From: a virus
Lineage: Duplodnaviria > Caudoviricetes
Length of the DNA stretch: 64,000 nt
Direction: 5' to 3' (one strand)
IMG/VR virus record: IMGVR_UViG_3300028805_000041
Coordinates: 128,001-192,000 of that record
Positions 29,447 to 39,601 of the stretch are shown one piece after another. Numbering within the stretch: position 1 is the first letter of the stretch; each line of letters opens with the position of its first letter. The position numbers and the translations under genes were made by a program. The notes under the pieces are model-generated. The model ran no database searches. It was not told where the DNA came from and saw only the letters and a list, made by a program, of their open reading frames with translations.

Positions 29447-31450
29447 ATGGCAGAAAAGAAGATTTCCTATTTGAATCGCACATTTGAGGATTACAGAGAT
29501 TCACTGAAAACACTTATAGCAACTTATTATCCGGATATTGCAAACGATTTCGATGATGCATCGATCGGTTCTTGGCTAATTGACCTTGTTGCTGCAATTG
29601 GTGATAACCTTAGTTATCACATCGACAGTATGTATACTGAGACAAATTTGGACACTGCACGTCAATTGAATTCATTGAAGGCAATTGCAAGGACAAATGG
29701 TTTGAAGATACCCGGTCCTAAGGGTGCAATGGCAGAACTTAGACTTTCTGTTATTTTACCCGTATCGGGAAACTACAGCAACGGCTCACAGTATCCGATG
29801 CCAAACTATTTCTTTGCACCGATTATTAAAAAGGGCACGAGATTCAGAGCAAAGAGCGGTGAATATTTTGAGTTGATGGATGATGTTGATTTCAATAGTC
29901 AATTTAACAATGATGGTGTGTCTGATAGAATTGTTGAGCCATATACAGACTCGAACAGCATTATACAGTCATATCGTGTCACAAAGACAAATGTGGTTGT
30001 GATTGCTGGACAAAGCCAAATTTATCGCGAAGTCATAAAGGGTGAAAACACATTAAAACCATTTATGGAGTACGTAATTCCCGAAACAAATGTAATGAAT
30101 GTTGAGAGCATAATATTCAAGACGGGTGGAAATTTCAGTTCTGATCCTTCTATAAGTGAGTTTATGACAAATAGGGAATACAATTCCATAAATAACGGGG
30201 AAAACGTTGATATTGAATATTATAGGTATTTCGAGGTTGACAATTTGACAGAACAGTACAGATGGGGCGACGATAATACACATCAGAATGGAAATCAGGA
30301 CGTACCACCAACTGTAAGTTATATGTACAGTTATTATTCTGACGGAAAATACATTCCAACAACAATGATAACAAAGGGAATGTGGATACCCCTTACGCAA
30401 AAGTTCATTACTGAATATACCGACAACGGACATTTGAAGATTACATTCGGAAGTGGAGTTCAGCCTAATCATAATATGTCATTAATCAAGAATTGCGATG
30501 ACTATTCAAAAAATGCAATTTCAAAGATGATAATGAACAATTCTCTTGGCAAAACACCTATACCGAATTCGACAATGTACATCCTATACCGTATTGGTGG
30601 CGGCTATGGTTCCAATGTACCTGCTAACACCATAACAAGCATAAGTTATTTGAATTATGAATGGGCACATTGTCCAAGCACCCAAGAGGAAATGGGTGTT
30701 GCACAGGGTGTTATCGGAAGTTTGTCTGTTACAAATCCAGAACCTTCGATATCCGGTAAGGATGGTCCGAATGCAGACGAATTGAGGTATATGATAAAGT
30801 ACAATAATATGGAGCAGAACCGTTGTGTTACGGTAAAGGACTATGAAAGCAGGGTTATGAAGATGCCACCAAGATATGGGTGTCCATTCAGGGTAAGTGC
30901 GACTGAGGAAAACAACAAGATAATGCTGTACCTGCTGAATATAGATAACAATGGGTACTTGACTGATGTCATACCTGCCGCAATGTCAAACAACATCCAA
31001 AAATACCTTACACGTTTCAGGACAATAACTGACTTTGTTGAAATAAAGGCGGGAAGAATAATAAATCTGTCTTTTGAAATTGACATTATCATTGATAAGG
31101 CATATAATACGAATGATGTTATAAGGATGGTTTTGGATAAGGTCAAGGATTATATGGACGTTAACAAGCATTTCCTTGGTGAAGACATTTTTGTTGGTGA
31201 TATTGAAAAGGAAGTAAGTAAGATTGACGGTGTATTGAACCTAATTGATCTTAGGGTATATAACAACTACGACGGAGCATATTCATCAACAATTACAAGC
31301 CAACTGTCCTATGGCGAACCAACTGTTGGTGAAACAAGAAACAGGATTGACCTTGACGCAAGCGATTATGTGCTGTATAGTGAGGCGGATGAGATGTTTG
31401 AGGTGAAATATCCTGAAAGTGACATAAAGGTAAGAGCAAAAACAAGATAA
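29447..31450 (+). CDS. baseplate wedge subunit (T4 gp6 / baseplate J-like)
   Basis: YLNRTFEDYR...DLVAAIGDNLSYHID, YRIGGG.GSNV and QNRCVTVKDY motifs. Confidence 0.85.
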   Translation: MAEKKISYLNRTFEDYRDSLKTLIATYYPDIANDFDDASIGSWLIDLVAAIGDNLSYHIDSMYTETNLDTARQLNSLKAIARTNGLKIPGPKGAMAELRLSVILPVSGNYSNGSQYPMPNYFFAPIIKKGTRFRAKSGEYFELMDDVDFNSQFNNDGVSDRIVEPYTDSNSIIQSYRVTKTNVVVIAGQSQIYREVIKGENTLKPFMEYVIPETNVMNVESIIFKTGGNFSSDPSISEFMTNREYNSINNGENVDIEYYRYFEVDNLTEQYRWGDDNTHQNGNQDVPPTVSYMYSYYSDGKYIPTTMITKGMWIPLTQKFITEYTDNGHLKITFGSGVQPNHNMSLIKNCDDYSKNAISKMIMNNSLGKTPIPNSTMYILYRIGGGYGSNVPANTITSISYLNYEWAHCPSTQEEMGVAQGVIGSLSVTNPEPSISGKDGPNADELRYMIKYNNMEQNRCVTVKDYESRVMKMPPRYGCPFRVSATEENNKIMLYLLNIDNNGYLTDVIPAAMSNNIQKYLTRFRTITDFVEIKAGRIINLSFEIDIIIDKAYNTNDVIRMVLDKVKDYMDVNKHFLGEDIFVGDIEKEVSKIDGVLNLIDLRVYNNYDGAYSSTITSQLSYGEPTVGETRNRIDLDASDYVLYSEADEMFEVKYPESDIKVRAKTR

Positions 31451-31451
31451 T

Positions 31452-31703
31452 ATGGCATGTAATTGTGCAACAAACGAACAGTTAAACGAAATATACAAAA
31501 AATTTGGAACGAAGATAAGGGTGTCTAAAAGCGACAGCCTCGCATTTAGGGTAAAGGCGTTTATGATGAACACATTTGCACTGACAACGCTTATTACTAC
31601 AGCACCCATTTTAATGTTTTACATTACATTTAACTATGCGCGTGGAAACAACAAAATAAGTCTCGCCGATTTTTTCGGTTTAAGAAGGGAAACAATAGTT
31701 TAA
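31452..31703 (+). CDS. small membrane protein with N-terminal CxC
   Basis: MACNC start; one hydrophobic stretch FALTTLITTAPILMFYITF. Confidence 0.6.
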   Translation: MACNCATNEQLNEIYKKFGTKIRVSKSDSLAFRVKAFMMNTFALTTLITTAPILMFYITFNYARGNNKISLADFFGLRRETIV

Positions 31704-31706
31704 ACA

Positions 31707-34700
31707 ATGTCAGACAACAATCGCAATTTAAGGGTTAGGGCAAATATCAATGGCAACGAGAACAACGTATCGCTTAAACTTGACCAAGATATAGACAACA
31801 TAGATATCCTCTCATTGAGTATATCAACCGGTAATTTCTACAAATACCATACTTCTGATTATGGTTGTCTTGTCGGTAGGGTAATAGCAAATGGCGGTAT
31901 TGGCGTTCCCAATGCAAGAATTTCATTATTTGTACAGGCAGATAACAATTGGTTGGATGAGAACATTCTCTCTGATTTATATCCATACACGTCAGTTGTG
32001 ACAAAGAACAGTGATGGAATCAGGTATAATGTGCTGCCCGAAGAGGTGGTGTCGAAATGCCACACACCGGTTGGCACAATGCCAAGTAAACGAATGTTGC
32101 TTGATGACAGTAACATATTGGAAATATATGAGAATTTCTATAAATTCACCACTGTTACAAACAATGCCGGAGACTATATGCTGTTTGGAATACCTACTGG
32201 TGACCAAATAATACATATGGACCTTGACCTTTCAGATTGTGGTTATTTATCACAAAGACCGAGGGATATGATGTATAAGGGTTATAACATCGATATGTTT
32301 GAAAATGCGAACAAGTTTAAGAAAAGTGATAATATCGATGGTCTCCCACAAATCATATCTCAAAACAATAGTATTTACATTTACCCGTTTTGGAGTAATG
32401 ATGGTGAAAGTGAAGCCAAGATTACAAGAAATGACATAAGCGTAAACTATCAGTTTATTCCAACCTGTGTATTCATTGGTTCAATTGTATCTGATGAAGA
32501 AAGCAGTTCACTGTCCGAGAAATGCATACCGGCGGAAAGAATGGGTCAAATGAACCGTCTTATGACGGGAAGCGGAAGAATTGAAATGATCCGTAAAAAT
32601 GCAAACGGTGCTGTTGAGGAATTTCAGGTTCAGGGAACGGAACTAATCGACGGTAATGGAACGTGGTGTTATCAAATACCGATGAATCTTGACTATGTTA
32701 AGACTGACGAATATGGTAACCTTGTTCCTTCCGAGGATCCGAATGTTGGTATAGCAACAAGAACGAGAGTTCGTTTTAGAGTGTCTTTGAGCGATTACGA
32801 GAGTGACTATGGTGCAACACATATTGTCAAGATGCTTGTTCCGAATAATCCCAAGACATATGAGGATTATGAAGACACATTCCATTTTGGAAGTAAGACA
32901 AGTGATAACGAAGAGGGCACAAAATCATTTAGGGACCTGTTTTGGAACAATGTGTATACAGTAAAGTCATACATACCTAGAATACAGAAGGGCAATAGAA
33001 ATCGAAACAGGAAGTTTTCCGGTTTCAAGATGGTTAATATAGCCGAAGGAAAGAACCAAATACCATATAATAATCTCAGAGTAAGACTAACATTTATGTT
33101 TGTCCTCCAATGTGCAATCTTGAAGTTTATGATATGGGTTATGGGTGTGTTCAATAAACGCCTGTTGGTTGTTGCATATAAACTTGCGCGTCCAAAAAAG
33201 AAAAAGGAGTTAAAATGTGCAACACTTGGTGACGGTGTTTGTCCCGATCTTGATGGATGGTATTTTGCACCCAAGTGTACACACGGGAGTCTGTTTTCAC
33301 AGACGTTCCAATATCTTGATGATGAAAAGATTACAGATCCAAAATCAATCGATGCTATAAACAAGGACACCAGTGAACCCATATGTCTTACAAATGAGAT
33401 AGACTACCTCCTTCAATGTGTCGAAATAAATTTGGCTCAGGAGTATGAAGTAATAAAATTCGATTTCTACAATGATTGGATAAATGGACTCATCTATATT
33501 CCTCGTTGGACGGCAAAATATAGAAAGAAGAAGACACTTTTCTTTGGACTCATAAAGAGAAAGGCAAAAACTTTGGGGTGTTTTGACTATTCTTCAGAAT
33601 CACCATTTAGAAATTCAAGAAGACAAACACAACAATGCTCACTTGAATATAGAGAAAAGACAAATGGTGATGGTTATTATACTGAGATAACAAATTATGC
33701 CGGATGTCATAAAAGCAAAGAAAAATGTCATAAGACTCCTGGCAGAAATTATACAAGGGTCTTCAACGGAAACTTAAAAGCCGGTGGTGGACTTTGTCAT
33801 ATTGAGGAGACAATTAAGGGCGAAAAGGCATATTATTTCAAACCATGTGAATTTCATAAGAGTTATGATGGAACTTATGAAAACAGGATAATTATGTTTG
33901 CAACTGATTTGGTCCTTTTAGGCAGTCTTAACGAATGTGATGAAAATGGTATACCGATAGCATTCAAGGAATTACCATCAACGTCTTATAAAATGCCCGG
34001 TAATTTAGCCGGAACAAATATGGACAATGAAGGGTATATGTATTCCTATGGACAAACTAGACAATCAATATGTAAGAATAAGAAAATTGAAGAACCACTT
34101 CTTCCACTAACCGGTAGTTCACAAACATTAGGAAATTTTGTAAATTGGTCGAAAACCATTGAAGAATATGAAAAAGTACCAGATGACATAACAGAATATG
34201 CAGTGACCGAATCAGCCGGAATTGATTGGGGATGGACAGGACCAAATCAAGGTGAGTCCAATTCAAGTATACCATATTATCCCGGTGGACATTTCTTGGG
34301 TATTTCTTGTTTTAATGCACAGACAAACATCAAATCCTGCGTCAATCTATCAAGAGTTTGTGAGGTTGGTGCTGAAATATCATCAAGAAACTACGTTTTA
34401 TTGAAAAATAAGGACGATGTTGAGTTTGCATACACACAGCCAACCGGTTTTATTTCAAAAGATGAATTGTCTGACAGTCAGTTTAGAACCATGTTTGCTA
34501 CAATGAACATCAATGGTCTTAAGACTGTTATTGATAAGGACACAAATTATAGGAAATACGAGTTTATATCAAATGTCCCAACAAATTTTGGTGGGGAATT
34601 TGAAAAATACACCAATAATGAATATTACAACAAACTTAACAGTAGATCAGATAGGGGTGGTGACGTATCATCAACCGACGCATACTTGTTTACGAGGACA

Positions 34701-37700
34701 TTTGAATACAGGAGCAACGACTATTATAAGTTTAGATTTGGCTTAATAGATGAACCTGACAGCAAGGATATGCGAAAACACTATGCACTAAAAAATGGTA
34801 GTATAGTGGCAATGCCAATGTATGAGAACTCATTCTATTTCTATTTTGGACTTGTTAACGGAAGTACCTCATTAGAGCGCTTATTCAGAGATTACTTTTC
34901 TAATTGTGAGTCTAATGATGAAGATGCGTCTTTCTTTACTTATAGTACAGGTGATGCTGATTTATGTAAAACAGATACGGGAACGTTTACCGTCGGATTC
35001 AATAATATTGCATCACCATATATGGTTAGTATAAGTGACTCTGACGGAAACTCACTTTATTTCTACGAGATGAAGAGTGGGGATGGTAGTAAGAGCATAT
35101 ATGTGGACGCAACAACAACATATTATTATTACATATACAAGAAAAACGACGGTGATAGCGATGACATATTTGAAGAATATGGCACAAGTGTACCGTATGG
35201 TGATTCTCAAAAGGAGATACTATATAGTACTGTTGCAACCGCATATACAACAAATTTAAAGGAAATAACAATAAATGGTTTAGTTGGTTCAAAAAATGGA
35301 AAAGGGTACTCTGTAAAATTATCCTCAACTGACGGACAATACAAGGTGGTAGAAATCAGTGTTGGCTTGGCTACTCCGGATATATTTAAACTCATAACCT
35401 GTATTGGTAGTGATTATAAAAAGGATGTTCAGAAGACAAACAGCCTAAAATGGAAAACGATAACTTATTATGTGGACCAATACGCAATATCCGGGGATAT
35501 AACCTGCATAGACGCTCTTGAAGACTATGGTTATGTCCAGATATTTAGTGAAAACGGTGCGGCTAATTTTGTAAAACCAGCCGGTAGTGAGGGTATAATC
35601 GGTTATGTAATCGCCACAGATTCGATGTTTACTGCCGTACAAGACAGTGATTTGCCCGATAATTTTGTTAGGGATGAATATTGCCGTGTTGAACTTGACC
35701 CAAATAGAATATCCTTATCTTACCGTAAATATGCAAGTAATTTTATTTTTAATGATGATGATATAAACAATAAAATATATCTGTGGGATGATAATGACAC
35801 GTACAACGTGTATGCTGCCTATACTTGTAATAAACCATCAAAGGATGATACCGGTACTATTGGTGAAACAAGATTTGTATTAATTGGCGAAATTACGCTA
35901 AAGATACAAAAAACATTAGACATATACATTACCGATGAAGATTTGTTATATAATGAAACAATAAAGCCACTGATAGATGCCGGAATTTGTACAAGGACGA
36001 ATTGGTGGGGTTATATGATGGTAGAATTTAGCGGTATAACAAACACCGTATATGTTAAGAGAAACGGTGAAATAATAAACAACGAAGATGCGTTCAGTGA
36101 TGAAATTATTACCGAGATAACACCAAAACAAATATGGAATATTAAAAGAGCGTTTTACTTTCAAAAATCAGGACATGATGTAACATCAAGTGAATCGGCT
36201 AGCATACTTGTAGGACCAACCGGTGGTGTTCCGCCATATAAAGAAATATTGTTTGGCGCAGTGGAGCGCGTTATTGACTATGATGATGGCGATGAGGATA
36301 CGGAACCATACTCTATTGTTGAAACAAGTGTAGCAAGTAAGGCGTTTATAAACGACCAAAATATAGTCAAGGAAATAAATTCTGAAATAGGTGGTACACC
36401 GGCGGTATATGTTGGAAACGTTGACTCATCAGCATCATTGTCGTTTGGTCTCCGTGAATTTATATTCCCGACATTAGGCGCCGACTTTGCTGTAGGAAAT
36501 TATAATGATGATTATGGTTATGGGGTAAACGAAAAGGGTATAAATGACTATGTTCATTATGGTGTACTTACTTTTAAAGGAAATACCCCAAGTCTTGATT
36601 GTGACTCATTCTATCAATTATCTGCGCTTGGTTCTAAATGTTTCTACTCGAGACAACTTGTTAGCAGATATGGTAAACCAGGATGGGGGAGTGGTGACGA
36701 AAAGAAAGAATATTATCAAAGTGGATACGGTGGACTGTATATTACACCCGAAACGAGAATGTATAACGGCAATTTAAAAAGAATAACCGAGGATAACTCA
36801 AAAAGGATGCATCTTGGTTTCTTGAAAGGTAATTTATCTCCAAAATGGGGTCCTAAAATACATTATGGTGTGCGTTACGAGGATTCACTGTATTGCGAAA
36901 TCGAATATGCTAATTCCGCTGACACAAATGGCACCTTAGTTTACGGAACAGGAGAGGTCCCAATAAAAAATGGTAATAAAAAGGGTTGTGGTGGTGGAAC
37001 ATATAAAAATAATGAAGAATTTATTGGCGGTACGTATTGGGATGCTTATGATAAATCCAGTAAACCAAATACGTGGCATAATCCGGATGAACGTTTCTTC
37101 TTGACGCTGCCGTCAATCTATGCCCCATTCTTTTTCAATACGGTATTCATTATTGAAGGACCGGTTGATGTTGTTTCTGATGATGCGGAATATCATGACA
37201 AAGTAACACCGATAGAAGAGGTTGTCCAAATCGATTTTGGGCTACAGAGTGGGATATTGTGGTCCAAATATTGTGTTGGTGCAATAAATGTTCAGGATTG
37301 TGGTACATCTTTTGCGTGGGCTGAAACTGAAACAAGGGAATCATTTGATGATGAGTCATTTGTAACAAAACCACATAGATATGGGAATGATCCGGAATAT
37401 ACAAGATACTGTGGAGATAGTAGTCACGGCTTAAGTGGATTTACTGATGATGTATTGGTACTTTATCCATCTGACGACGCCGCATCAGAAAACTATGGTG
37501 CTAAAATTGTTTATGATGAAACTGATACTGCACGAACAGAAGGAACATTTGTTTATGGGTGGAGAACTCCAACTATAGAAGAGTTTGAAGAACTTTTTAA
37601 TAGTGAGAATACGGAAATGAGTGCTACTACCATTAATGAACAGACAGGTATCCTGATAAGGGGTCGTGGCGATTACAGTAATAATAGTATTTTCCTCCCT

Positions 37701-39551
37701 AACGGCACATATTGGACTTCTGAAATTGAATATACCACGGGTGGTACAAATACTAATCCGACTTGTGTAATCATTAACGCGACTTCAGGTGGTACAATTA
37801 ACATAAATTACGAAAGTGTCGATAGAAACAATGGCTATTACGTTCGCCCAATATATGTTGCTGGTGAAGAAGAGACAAGTGAAACAACAACAACAGATAT
37901 TATAAAAGGTCCAAGTATTAGATGTAAATTCAGAATTACCGGTGGTATTACATATCCTGAAGTGGAAGACGGAACAACCAAGTTTAAATTTGACAGAATT
38001 TCAGCAAAAATTTCCGGTTCTGAGGGCACTGTAAATATAATACTTGATGAGAAAAACAATGACGATAGCCATGAATATGATGACTTCTACAGAACTGATG
38101 GTGACTTTCCAAATAAGAAATCAACTGTTTTAAATATGTTACAAAAAGGAGATGATGGAAAATTTGGGTTCTATAGTGAGGATATATGTTATTTTAAAGG
38201 TAAGATAGAAAACCCGGAAAACGGCGAATTTAGCAACAGTTCTGATTTACCGGCATACAAAAATGTTAAAGTATATAATGGGACTAATGCAAGGAATGAG
38301 AGAAAACTTGATATGGATATGTACTATACATTTCCGTTTGATCTTGGGGATTGTATGTATGATGCAATGCCAATGATTGGATGGCGTTGGGATAAGGGTG
38401 ATGATGATGATAACGGTGGTAATGTTGGCGGTAGTTTTGGACCGTTTGACTCGTTTAATGACTCGTATACATCCGGAGAAAGTATGACGTGGGCGTGGGG
38501 TTCAGAAGACGCTGAAAGCGGTAGTACAATTTATAGGACAAACGGAACATTGGCTGATCTGGTAAATGGTGGAAGTGTTACACTGTCGTTCGAGGTTGCT
38601 GATGCTGTTCCACCAAATAGCGATGGTGCACCATTTAAAGAAATAGAAAGCAGCACCACTGTTAAGTTTTTTAATATGGCTGATGGTGGTGATAGCGGAA
38701 ACATAAGGTATTTCTTCTTAGGTTATCAACAATTGTATGGCAAAGGCTCGGAACAACGTACTCCGTTTTACGAGAATGTACATAGGTCATTTACATATTA
38801 CGGGTATGTCTATAATAGTTTTGTAAGGTGGGATGAACTACGTAGAGGCGGTAAAGACAGATTAGCACTTAGTATATATCATGATCCTGAATCTTATAGT
38901 ACGGACTACGGATGGTTCAGACCGGATAAAAGTTATGTCTATTATTCTAATGATCGTGATCCAAACTCAACTGCAACCAAGCCGTTATTCTCGGGTATAT
39001 ACAGTAGTACCTTCCTTGACTCAAGCGATGCATATGGTAATACCATTCACGTACTAGACGATTTTGACCAGGAATTCAATCGTAGCAGAAATAGTGGTCT
39101 TAGATTGGCGGACTTTGATTATGCGGTAAATAAATTGTATGAAGATAAACAGAAAGCGATTGAAGATAGAGTTGCAACATTGACTAGACTTCAAAAAATG
39201 CATGAAATGTTCCCCTATATGCCCGTGTACCCTGATGTATCAAAAGCGTTAGAAGCGGCTAAGGAAATGGTTGTGGAAATATCAATATATGACATTTTTA
39301 AAGCCATTGGATTGGACCACATAACACCAAATAGTGTAGGAAATTATAGCGGGGCAACATGGATTGGAATAAATGACCCGTTTATGGATAACAACGGAAA
39401 TCCTAAAGCCGGATGGGATAATTGGACAATGTGGGATTCATTACCTAAAGACACAAATATGGTTTCTGCGGTTAGGGTATATGATTTCAATGACTTTATG
39501 AAACTATTAATTATGAGATATGAGACAAAGGAATATCCTAAGGATCAATAG
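31707..39551 (+). CDS. giant virion protein (2614 aa): carboxypeptidase-regulatory-like N-domain, hydrophobic helix, Cys-rich region, inserted Fib_succ_major/DUF1566-like domain
   Basis: GRVIANGGIGVPNARISLF...TNNAGDYMLFGIPTG; FMFVLQCAILKFMIWVMGVF; IDFGLQSGILWS...WRTPTIEEFEEL...IFLP...YW...GYYVRPI. Confidence 0.65.
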   Translation: MSDNNRNLRVRANINGNENNVSLKLDQDIDNIDILSLSISTGNFYKYHTSDYGCLVGRVIANGGIGVPNARISLFVQADNNWLDENILSDLYPYTSVVTKNSDGIRYNVLPEEVVSKCHTPVGTMPSKRMLLDDSNILEIYENFYKFTTVTNNAGDYMLFGIPTGDQIIHMDLDLSDCGYLSQRPRDMMYKGYNIDMFENANKFKKSDNIDGLPQIISQNNSIYIYPFWSNDGESEAKITRNDISVNYQFIPTCVFIGSIVSDEESSSLSEKCIPAERMGQMNRLMTGSGRIEMIRKNANGAVEEFQVQGTELIDGNGTWCYQIPMNLDYVKTDEYGNLVPSEDPNVGIATRTRVRFRVSLSDYESDYGATHIVKMLVPNNPKTYEDYEDTFHFGSKTSDNEEGTKSFRDLFWNNVYTVKSYIPRIQKGNRNRNRKFSGFKMVNIAEGKNQIPYNNLRVRLTFMFVLQCAILKFMIWVMGVFNKRLLVVAYKLARPKKKKELKCATLGDGVCPDLDGWYFAPKCTHGSLFSQTFQYLDDEKITDPKSIDAINKDTSEPICLTNEIDYLLQCVEINLAQEYEVIKFDFYNDWINGLIYIPRWTAKYRKKKTLFFGLIKRKAKTLGCFDYSSESPFRNSRRQTQQCSLEYREKTNGDGYYTEITNYAGCHKSKEKCHKTPGRNYTRVFNGNLKAGGGLCHIEETIKGEKAYYFKPCEFHKSYDGTYENRIIMFATDLVLLGSLNECDENGIPIAFKELPSTSYKMPGNLAGTNMDNEGYMYSYGQTRQSICKNKKIEEPLLPLTGSSQTLGNFVNWSKTIEEYEKVPDDITEYAVTESAGIDWGWTGPNQGESNSSIPYYPGGHFLGISCFNAQTNIKSCVNLSRVCEVGAEISSRNYVLLKNKDDVEFAYTQPTGFISKDELSDSQFRTMFATMNINGLKTVIDKDTNYRKYEFISNVPTNFGGEFEKYTNNEYYNKLNSRSDRGGDVSSTDAYLFTRTFEYRSNDYYKFRFGLIDEPDSKDMRKHYALKNGSIVAMPMYENSFYFYFGLVNGSTSLERLFRDYFSNCESNDEDASFFTYSTGDADLCKTDTGTFTVGFNNIASPYMVSISDSDGNSLYFYEMKSGDGSKSIYVDATTTYYYYIYKKNDGDSDDIFEEYGTSVPYGDSQKEILYSTVATAYTTNLKEITINGLVGSKNGKGYSVKLSSTDGQYKVVEISVGLATPDIFKLITCIGSDYKKDVQKTNSLKWKTITYYVDQYAISGDITCIDALEDYGYVQIFSENGAANFVKPAGSEGIIGYVIATDSMFTAVQDSDLPDNFVRDEYCRVELDPNRISLSYRKYASNFIFNDDDINNKIYLWDDNDTYNVYAAYTCNKPSKDDTGTIGETRFVLIGEITLKIQKTLDIYITDEDLLYNETIKPLIDAGICTRTNWWGYMMVEFSGITNTVYVKRNGEIINNEDAFSDEIITEITPKQIWNIKRAFYFQKSGHDVTSSESASILVGPTGGVPPYKEILFGAVERVIDYDDGDEDTEPYSIVETSVASKAFINDQNIVKEINSEIGGTPAVYVGNVDSSASLSFGLREFIFPTLGADFAVGNYNDDYGYGVNEKGINDYVHYGVLTFKGNTPSLDCDSFYQLSALGSKCFYSRQLVSRYGKPGWGSGDEKKEYYQSGYGGLYITPETRMYNGNLKRITEDNSKRMHLGFLKGNLSPKWGPKIHYGVRYEDSLYCEIEYANSADTNGTLVYGTGEVPIKNGNKKGCGGGTYKNNEEFIGGTYWDAYDKSSKPNTWHNPDERFFLTLPSIYAPFFFNTVFIIEGPVDVVSDDAEYHDKVTPIEEVVQIDFGLQSGILWSKYCVGAINVQDCGTSFAWAETETRESFDDESFVTKPHRYGNDPEYTRYCGDSSHGLSGFTDDVLVLYPSDDAASENYGAKIVYDETDTARTEGTFVYGWRTPTIEEFEELFNSENTEMSATTINEQTGILIRGRGDYSNNSIFLPNGTYWTSEIEYTTGGTNTNPTCVIINATSGGTININYESVDRNNGYYVRPIYVAGEEETSETTTTDIIKGPSIRCKFRITGGITYPEVEDGTTKFKFDRISAKISGSEGTVNIILDEKNNDDSHEYDDFYRTDGDFPNKKSTVLNMLQKGDDGKFGFYSEDICYFKGKIENPENGEFSNSSDLPAYKNVKVYNGTNARNERKLDMDMYYTFPFDLGDCMYDAMPMIGWRWDKGDDDDNGGNVGGSFGPFDSFNDSYTSGESMTWAWGSEDAESGSTIYRTNGTLADLVNGGSVTLSFEVADAVPPNSDGAPFKEIESSTTVKFFNMADGGDSGNIRYFFLGYQQLYGKGSEQRTPFYENVHRSFTYYGYVYNSFVRWDELRRGGKDRLALSIYHDPESYSTDYGWFRPDKSYVYYSNDRDPNSTATKPLFSGIYSSTFLDSSDAYGNTIHVLDDFDQEFNRSRNSGLRLADFDYAVNKLYEDKQKAIEDRVATLTRLQKMHEMFPYMPVYPDVSKALEAAKEMVVEISIYDIFKAIGLDHITPNSVGNYSGATWIGINDPFMDNNGNPKAGWDNWTMWDSLPKDTNMVSAVRVYDFNDFMKLLIMRYETKEYPKDQ

Positions 39552-39601
39552 ATTCGGAAAAACTAATAACATCTCCGTTTGGGGTAAAAAATAAGACAAA
39601 T

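Noticed and set aside
37700-37860. Complete diversity-generating retroelement
   Set aside because: No reverse transcriptase or template repeat is seen in the window; kept only as a candidate target domain.
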